From Eledone cirrhosa (taxonomy: Eukaryota), in NCBI GenBank assembly GCA_964016885.1, contig OZ024741.1, positions 496,001 through 560,000 on the forward strand: a DNA stretch of 64,000 nucleotides, read 5' to 3'. The notes below the pieces were generated by a model, which made no database searches, was not told where the DNA came from, and saw only the letters and a program-made list of their open reading frames with translations. Of the stretch, positions 55,455 to 64,000 are shown piece by piece. Position 1 is the first letter of the stretch; each line of letters opens with the position of its first letter. The translations under genes and the position numbers were made by a program.

Positions 55455-58400
55455 TCATCATCATCATCATCGTTTAACGTACATCTTCCACGCTAGCATG
55501 GGTTTGGACAGGAATTTTCCCACTTGAGGCAAGATTGGTCGGGTGACCGTGTCTCGCTCATATAGGACTATCTGTCAGGTTTTCTGGATGCCCTTCCTAA
55601 CACCAACCACGTTTACAGTGTGGACTGGGAGGTTTTTACTGTGTTACCTACACGGCCACATTACAGCGTGGACTGTGTGTTTTTTTGTCGTGACACCTAC
55701 ACAAATTCATTTATTTAGGACTGGATGTTGTGGTACCAACATAACTTTACATCGAAAGGGGTGGTGTGGATGGGGTGGGGTAGTGAGACGGGGTGTATTT
55801 TGGTTAAGAGTTGCCTACTGACTGTAGGTTTCGCTTTGCACTTAGGCAAGGCGGGTCTTCTGTATTACTGCGTAGCGCCAAAGATCTCGGTCCAGTGACA
55901 TTGTTTTGGAGAGGTGTAAGTGTGTGAGTTCGGAATTTATCAAGTCGTCCCAGGTTTTTCTGGGTCTGCCTACTCCGTGGCTACCGTCTATTGTGATCGC
56001 CCTGCACTTTTTTATACAGCTGTCGTCTTCATGCGCATCACGTGACCATACCAACGCAGTCTTATCTCGAGTAAACAGCATCTGATCCCTCTTATTCCTA
56101 ATTTCTCACTTAGTTCATTTATGCTTTGCCGTTCACGTATATTACTATTACACATCCAACAGAGCATGCAAGTTTCGTTTCTCTCCAGTCTGCGTAGAGC
56201 CTCTGCACACAATGCCCAAGTATCACTGCCATGTAACATTGCTGTTCGTATGCAGGCATCATACAGCCTGCCTTTCATTTTTAGAGAGAAACCTTTAGCG
56301 GCCAATAGTGGTATAAGCTCTCTGAACTTTTTCCATCGCGTTCTGACTCTAGCTATTGTACTTTCAGAGCACCCTCCACCACTGCTGATTTTGTCACCCA
56401 GGTAACGGAAGGTGTCCACTATTTCTATAAAACCATCTGTGCAATGGAATGAGCTAGTATTCTGTGCGCACTTGCTGCTACTTATTGCACCTGAGCACCG
56501 GCCACATATAAAATCTATATTCTTAGTTAGCTTACCTGTGATCCCACTACATCTTTTATAAAATGGAGTTTCTGCCTACTCCTTTCCTACACACTGAGCA
56601 TGGCGATTTCCCAGATGGGGCTAGTGCCCTATTTTCCTTCCTACATACTACATACTACATCCTACATCTTAGACAGGTTAATTTTAAGGCCTTTTGATTC
56701 TAGGCCATGCTTCCATGTTTGGAATTTCTTCTCTAGTTCAGCCATTGATTTAGCTATAAGCGTTAGATTCAGCTATAAGTGTTAGATCATCAGCATATAG
56801 GAGTTCCCGTGGGCAGCCGGTCTTGAACTCCTCTGTTATAGCCTGAAGGGCAATAATAAATAGGAGGGGACTAAGGACGGAGCCCTGATGAACACCAACT
56901 TGTACGCTAAACTCTTCACTATATTCATTGTTAATTCTAACCTTGCTGACCGTTTCTTTATACATGGCTTGTATAGCTCTCACAAGCCATTCATCAACAC
57001 CTAGTTTTCTGAGAGCCCACCAGATAATGGGGCGTGGGACTCTGTCAAAGGCTTTCTCCAAGTCAACAAAAGCTAAGTATAGGGGTTTACTTTTAGCTAG
57101 GTACTTCTCCTGTAGTTGTCGTACAATGAAAAGAGCGTCTGTGGTACTTTTACCTGACACAAACCCGAACTGCATTTCATCTAGATCAATTCGCTCTCTG
57201 ATTAGTTGCGCTATTACTTTTTCTGTGACCTTCATGACCTGGTCAATTAATTTAATGCCTCTATAGTTACCCCTATCTAGGGCATCTCCTTTACCATTGT
57301 AGCAGTTAATGATGCTGCTGCTATGCCAGTCCTTCAGTACAACCCCATTCTGTATGACTTGGTTTACTATCCGGGTGACCATAGTGTGTCCCACCGTGCC
57401 AGATGCTTTCAGCATTTCCGCAAATATTTCCGAAGGCCCAGCCACCTTGCCCGTCTTCATATCTTTGATTGCCTTACTTATTATACTACCTTCAACTTGC
57501 ACTGCTGGTCCCTCTATTGGATCGATGTGGGGGGAGACTGTTTTTCTCCCATTTATTCTCCTCATTTAGTAGCCTTTCGTAGTGACACTTCCAAGCTACC
57601 TTCTTATCAGCGTCAGTGATGGCAAGTACACCATCATCATTAAGGACACACCTCTCCCCGACAATATCACGGTTTTCCTTGACACATTGCCTAGCAATCC
57701 TGAACACCTCATGTTTTTGGTCCTCGCATTGTAGAACCTGCTTGAACTTTCTTTCCGCTGTTTCCCTTCTTGCGAAGTACACTTGTCTCCTAGCTTCCCT
57801 CCTGGCCACTTGATAGTCTTCTCTACTTCCCCCATCCCGCCATACTTTCCAAGCCTGCTTTTTGGCCTTGATTGACTCCTCCACCTTACTGTTCCACCAC
57901 CACGTTACTCTTTCTCCTGCCTATAGGTCTGCTCCAGCCACAGATTTCATCTGTCGCCTTCAGCAGGAATTCCCACTGTTCCTCTATATTGTACAACTCT
58001 AATTGCTCTTCCTTACTCTCAAAAGCATCAAGTAATATGCTTTTAATTTTATTACTGGCTGTGGGGTCCTTTAGCTTCCATATTTTTCTCCTGTGGATAG
58101 TCGTCCTCTGTTGTCGAGTACGTTTTGTCCTGACTACAAGGTCGCTGAGTTTGAGTCTATGTTGGGAGGTGCATTCTTCATGGGGGAGGGATTTAGTGTT
58201 TACAACAGACACTCTGTCACATCTTCTGGTAAGGATATAATCTACCTGGCTTGTGTGTTCCCCCGATCTATAGGTGATCAAGTGATTGTCTCGTTTTTTG
58301 AAGTTAGTGTTACAGATAGTTAGGTTATTTGCGTCACAGAATTCCAGGATTCTGGAGCCTTCCTCATTTCTAGTACCAAACCCATAGCCTCCATGGATTC

Positions 58401-59050
58401 CATCATAGCCGTCACAATGTTGTCCAACGTGACCATTTAGGTCGCCAGCAATAATTATGTAGTCACTGTTGGTTATTTGGGAGGTAATGAGCATTAGCTA
58501 CTCATAGAATCTGTCTTTTATAACACCAGGCAGTCCGGATTGGGGTGCATACACAGATATTATTGTCACAGTAGTTCTTTTTAGGACAAGTCTTATTTTT
58601 ATTATTTTGTCGTTCACTCTATTTACTTCTATTATCTTATCTGCCCATTTTTCTGCTAGCATGATTCTACTCCACCCAGCCCATTGTCATTCCCCACCCA
58701 GAAAAGTTTATAGCATCGTTTTTTACCCACAATGAATCTAGCAGACCCACCCCTCCACCTGGTCTCTTGGATACAGCAAACATCAACCTCCTTACGTTCA
58801 AGCATTTCTACAACCGCGTTAGAGCGACCTTTTAAGGTGCCTAGATTCATGGTACCAACTATGAAGCTTTGGATTGCGTTTGGTGGGTGGGAACGGTGGG
58901 GTGCAGGGAGGGGTGAGGGAGATGGGGTTATGTTGGCCATCCGCGGCCGAAATAAAGAGGAGGAGTCCGGCAGCATGAGGTGAATTTGTCTTTATCTCCA
59001 GAATTCCATAGTCCATCCATCATATCGAAAGGCAACCAGGTCTAAACTTA
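55455..59050 (-). mobile_element. Near full-length RTE LINE (APE endonuclease plus RT), frameshifted
   Basis: GTMNLGTL, CCIQETRW, AGDLNGHVG, QVDYIL, SQHRL (APE); NYRGIKL, QFGF, DLEKAFD, QGSVLSP, YADD (RT); (GAT)n tail. Confidence 0.95.
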
Positions 59051-59277
59051 AGAAGTAATAGCATAGGCCGCTGACTTATGATTGGTCCAAGTAATAATGG
59101 TAGCGAGTGGGAGGGGTATGGGGTAGTTAGCGAGAAGGTTTAAATAAAATCCTTTTGGGGCATAATTGAACAAGCATATAACAGTAATAAGAGAAGAATT
59201 ATGGGATTTTAAAATACAAGAAGATATTTTGAACAATCAGACAGAAATGAAAGTATATATGTATATATATATATGTA

Positions 59278-59344
<67 letters not shown>

Positions 59345-59458
59345 CACCATCACTGACACTATCCACCACCACCACCATCACTGGTACCATCCACCACCAT
59401 CACCACCACCATTACCAGCGTAAAGCAAACAGTTATTATTATTATATAAAAACTGTTA

Positions 59459-59645
59459 GGGCGGTGGATTGGCAGTATCGGTGGAGGGTCGGACGCCATG
59501 CTTTCCAGCATAGTTATGTCCCTTTACGATCTGAGTTCAAATCTCGCCGAGGTTGACTTTGCCTTTCATCCTTACGGGGTCGATAAAATAAAGTACCAGT
59601 AATGCACTGAGTAGTTGCTGGCCTTGTGCCTAAAGTAGAAACAAT
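59459..59645 (+). mobile_element. tRNA-derived SINE with target-site duplication
   Basis: Same family as 8540-8730; TTATTATATAAAAACTG on both sides. Confidence 0.85.
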
Positions 59646-60009
59646 TATTATATAAAAACTGAATTGGACTGGGAAAAGTCAACAGTTGACATGATTTTGA
59701 TTTTGTATTAGTACTGCCGGTAATATATATATATATATGTGTGTGTGTGAGTGGTGTGTGTGTGTTTGTATGCATGAATGAGTGTTGGTGTGTGAGTGGC
59801 GTGTGTGTTTGTAGTTTGTATGCATGAGTGTTGGTGTGTGCGTGTCATGTCAATAAGTGTTTTTTTGTTTTTTTTATGACCATGCTGTAAAATGGAGGGG
59901 TAGTGAGGGCCCTTGAGTCTAGTAAGACATCCTCTCTAGTGCTGGTGGCACAAATAAAATCACCCAGTCCATGCTTTAAAGTGGTGCTGGTGTTAGGAAG
60001 GGCATCCAA

Positions 60010-63000
60010 CCAGTGTATCAATGCCAAAACGCTTATCATCACAGCAACAAATAGGAACAACAACAAAATATGAAGGTGTCGCATCTCAGAGTTGCAACAC
60101 TTAATGTTGGCACTCTCAGGGGTAGATATGCTGAAATAGCGGAGATGCTGGAGAGAAGGCATGTGGATGTGTGCTGCGTGCAAGAGGTGAGATGGAGAGG
60201 TGCCTCTGCGAGACTAGTCGTAGGCAAACATCTTAGCTATAAGCTTTTCTGGGTAGGTAAGGATGATGGGTTAGGGGAGTAGGCATTTTCCTGGCTGAGA
60301 GATGGATCAATAAGACAATAGAGGTAGTTCGAGTTAGTAATCGAATAATTAAGCTTAGATTAGTTGTAGGCAGGAGACTACTGACAATCATCTCTGCCTA
60401 TGCTCCCCAAGCAGGCCTAAGCAAAGATGAGAAAGACTGCTTTTACGAGCAACTTTTACAAACAAGCGCAATGACAGAGGACCGAGACATCGTTATGCTA
60501 GCAGGGGACTTCAATGGTCATGTTGGACAGCTCCAGGATGGTTACACTGGGGTACATGGTGGGCACGGTTACGGTTCAAGAAATAAAGAAGGAGTGAGAC
60601 TTCTTGAATTTTGTGATGCAAGTACACTGGCTATTTGCAACACAAACTTCCAGAACCCTGCCAATCACCTAATAACCTACAAATCTGGCGAGCACATAAG
60701 CCAGATTGACTTCTTACTAGTTAGGCAGCGGGACAGGCAGATAGTGTCTAATACCAAGGCATACCCTGGGGAAGAATGTACCCCACAGCATAGGTTAGTC
60801 ATTAGTGATATCTCAGTAAGCAAGAGATGGAATGAGACATACAGGAAGGTGTGGAAAAGAAAGGTCTGGAAGCTAAAAGACCTTTCACTAAAATATAAAT
60901 TTAGGAAAGCCCTTCAACATGTATATGACGAAAAAGAAGACGATTTAGAGACGTATGACATAGATAAAACTGGAATTTCTTACGTGACAACTTGCTGCAG
61001 GCTACTGATGAAACTTGTGGCTGGAGCAGAGCTCCAACCAGACAGAGTGACCTGGTGGTGGAACAGCACAGTAGATAAGGCTATTAGGGACAAAAGACTA
61101 GCATGGAAGGCTTGGAAAAAGGGTGGGACTAGGGAAGAATATACAGCCGCTAAGAGAGAAGCTAGACGTCAGGTGTACTTAGCACGCAGGGAGGCTGAGA
61201 GTAGGAGGTTTGCCAATGTTCTGCGACGGGAAGATCATAGGCATGCGGTATTCCACATTGCAAGGCAGTGTGTCAATGCAAATCAGGATGTTGTTGGAGA
61301 TAAATGTGTCCGGGATGATGCCGGTGTACTTAGTGTCACGAATGATCAGAAAAAGGAGGCCTGGAAATGTCATTATGAGAGACTGATGAATGTTGAGAAT
61401 GAATGGGAGAGAGAGAAATTACCCTTAGTAGATCCAACAGAGGGACCAGCTATTGAGATTGACGAATATAGGGTCCAAGAGGCGATTAAGGAAATGAAAA
61501 ATGGTAAGGCTGCTGGACCATCGGGAATAGTTGCTGAGATGCTGAAGGCATCAGGGGACGTAGGCACTAAACTGGTTGCACGCATCATCAATCAGGCTAT
61601 ATATGGTGGTGTCATACCCAAAGACTGGTGCAGCAGTATTCTCATAAATTGCTACAAAGGTAAAGGGGATGCTCTGGAGAGGAGCAATTATAGGGGTATA
61701 AAACTGATGGATCAGGTTATGAAAGTGGCAGAAAGGATATTAGCACAACTAATTAGAGAAAGGTCCAAACTAGATGAGATGCAGTTTGGTTTAGTGCCTG
61801 GGAAGAGTACAACAGATGCCCTCTTCTTGGTGAGACAATTGCAAGAGAGGTTCTTAGAGAAAAATAAGCCACCTAGAGAAGACCTTTGATAGGGTACCCC
61901 GATCTGTCATCTGGTGGTCCCTAAGGAAACTAGGTGTTGAGGAATGGCTTGTGAGGACAGTGCAAACTTTGTACAGAGGTACTCTCAGTAAAGTCAGGGT
62001 AGGAATGGAGTTTAGTGAGGAATTCCAGATACAAGTAGGAGTACATCAAGGTTCAGTCCTCAGCCCGCTCTTGTTCATTATAGTCCTCCAAGCCATAACA
62101 GAGAAGTTTAAAACTGGCTGTCCATGGGAACTTCTCTATGCTGACGATCTGGTTCTTATAGCAGAATCAGTAGAGGAGCTAGAGAATAAATTCTGGCTAT
62201 GGAAACAGCAGTTGGAAGCAAGAGGACTGAGAGTGAACCTAGCTAAGACAAAAGTGTTGATGAGTAGAAAAGAGGACAAAACTCTGATTCCGTCAGGGAA
62301 ATGGCCATGTTCGATATGCAGAAAAGGAATTGGCATAAATTCTATAAAATGCACACAATGCAGATCCTGGGTACACACGAGATATAGCTGGATAGCAGGC
62401 AAACTAACAGGTATGGAGAAATATGTATTCAGTAGATGTACAGGGAAATTAGACAGTAGAAGTCGCATTGATAGACACAATTTTCAAATGCAGGAGGGTG
62501 CTATAGAAGTGATGGATAGCTTCCGGTACCTAGGAGATCAGATTAGCATGGGAGGAGAGTGTTCCGAGGCCATAGTATCTAGAATAAGGACGGGTTGGAA
62601 GAAGTTTAGGGAGCTGCTTCCTCTGCAACTGCAGAGGATATGTGACTGCTGGAGAGAAATGAGGCAAGCATGCTCCATTGGATGTGCAGTGTAAATGTCC
62701 GTGAACGACCCAGCCTGAATGTGTTGAGAGAGAAAATGTGTCTGAGAGGGATAGAATGTAGTGTACGGGAGAGGAGACTGAGGTGGTATGGACATGTGAT
62801 GCACATGGAGGATGACCGATGGGTGAAGGAAGACGTGGTAGAGGTAGACCACGAAAAACATGGGCGGAGGTGGTGGGAACAGACCTCAGATCGTCGAAGC
62901 TCACGGTGGAGATGACAAAGGACCATGACGAGTGGAGAGATGCTGTGCTGAATAAGACCCGTCCCACCCTTGCGAGCAGGGAAGAGCGGACGTAAAATGA

Positions 63001-63015
63001 TGATGATGATGATGA
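60010..63015 (+). mobile_element. Near full-length RTE LINE of a sister subfamily, frameshifted
   Basis: ORFs 60070-60282, 60471-61889 and 61951-62694 carry APE (ATLNVGTL, VQEVRW, GDFNGHVG, QIDF) and RT (QGSVLSP, YADD, FRYLG) motifs; (GAT)n tail at about 62998-63015. Confidence 0.95.
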
Positions 63016-63364
63016 TATATATATATAAAGAAAAAAAGATGAAATCGAAAATGCAACTGGAGTCTTATTTTTTTTTAAATAAGATTCCAGTTGCATTTTC
63101 GATTTCATCTTTTTTTCTTTATGTATATATAATGTATGTGTGTGTGTGTATATATATATACACATATATATATGTATATACTTTCATTTATTTTTCTATT
63201 TACTTATTTATTTATTTATTTATATGTGTGTATGTACGCTTGCATGTATGTGTATGGATGTATGTATTTGGTTACATTGTTTATGCTTGTGCATGTATAA
63301 GAGGATGCATCCTTTCATGGATGACCCTGTATGACTTTTGTGCAGATTTATATGACCGTGAGTA

Positions 63365-64000
63365 TATCACATTTGAGTACGAACAGAGATATGTGTGAGT
63401 GTATCTATCTTTGTGGATGTATGTGGGCACGGAGGTATTTGGGCGCGTATTTGTTTGAATGTATATGAGCCAGTGTGTGTGTACGTGCACCTAAAACAGG
63501 CTAAGGAATTGCTGGTGAGTATGTTTATGTGTGTGTACATATACACATATGTATATATATATATACAGATATATATGTATGTGTTTGGAAGCGTCTCTGT
63601 CTTTGTGCCTCTTTGTACAGACAGGCGTGTGTGTGCATGTCTATGTATATGTCTACGTGTTTGTGTATATGAGTAGATGTACGCGTACGCATGTGTGTCC
63701 TTGTATGTATGTGCATGCGTGTGAGAGCTGATGTACGAGAGCATGTAGGCAGGCGCCTGTGGACGCGTATGTTGTTAGTTATATGGTCGTGGGTGTGTGT
63801 GTGTATATGAGAGAGTGTGTGTATATGTATATGGGTGTGTATATGTACATGTGTGCGTATGTATATATATATATATATGTATGTGTGTATGTGTATGTAT
63901 ATATGTATATATTTGTGTGTGTATATGTGTGAGTGAGTGACCTGTGAAATACCAAACCCAGCATGAATTAATTGAAGTGTGTTGGACGGAGAGTAGCTGA
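63365..64000 (+). repeat. Inverted copy of the 47115-47690 pLTR-like repeat, running off the window
   Basis: Mirrored ORFs (QIRAQIPPCPHTSTKIDTLTHISVRTQM; MLGLVF.RSLT) on opposite strands. Confidence 0.85.

Noticed and set aside
41822-64000. Further ADAM17 exons (CxxCC membrane-proximal, transmembrane)
   Set aside because: No segment with suitable splice sites and cysteine pattern was found by eye; probably beyond the window, though a small exon could have been missed.

Overview
AT-rich, microsatellite- and transposon-dense animal genomic DNA. The repeat families ((TA)n/(GAT)n tracts, RTE LINEs, tRNA-derived SINEs, Penelope-like elements) look like an octopus/coleoid cephalopod; the species is an inference. 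The window lies inside one + strand ADAM17/TACE-like metalloprotease gene. Nine phase-compatible coding exons (10330-41821) splice into the catalytic, disintegrin and start of the membrane-proximal domain; both ends of the gene appear to lie outside the window. Key observations: (1) the zinc motif [12 protein letters not shown] is split over three exons, and the catalytic Glu is completed by a 6-nt microexon (26804-26809) whose skipping would give an in-frame, catalytically dead isoform; (2) a U12-type AT-AC intron (36583-38716); (3) at least six Penelope-like repeat families with hammerhead-ribozyme folds, mostly as inverted pairs, five of which share an ACATHGAGY motif 45-75 nt downstream of the ribozyme. 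The introns also hold RTE, R4/Dong, Tx1-like and CR1-like LINE remnants, a Helitron with both termini, mariner remnants, a piggyBac-type MITE, SINEs and satellites. All calls were made by eye from the sequence; no database searches were run.
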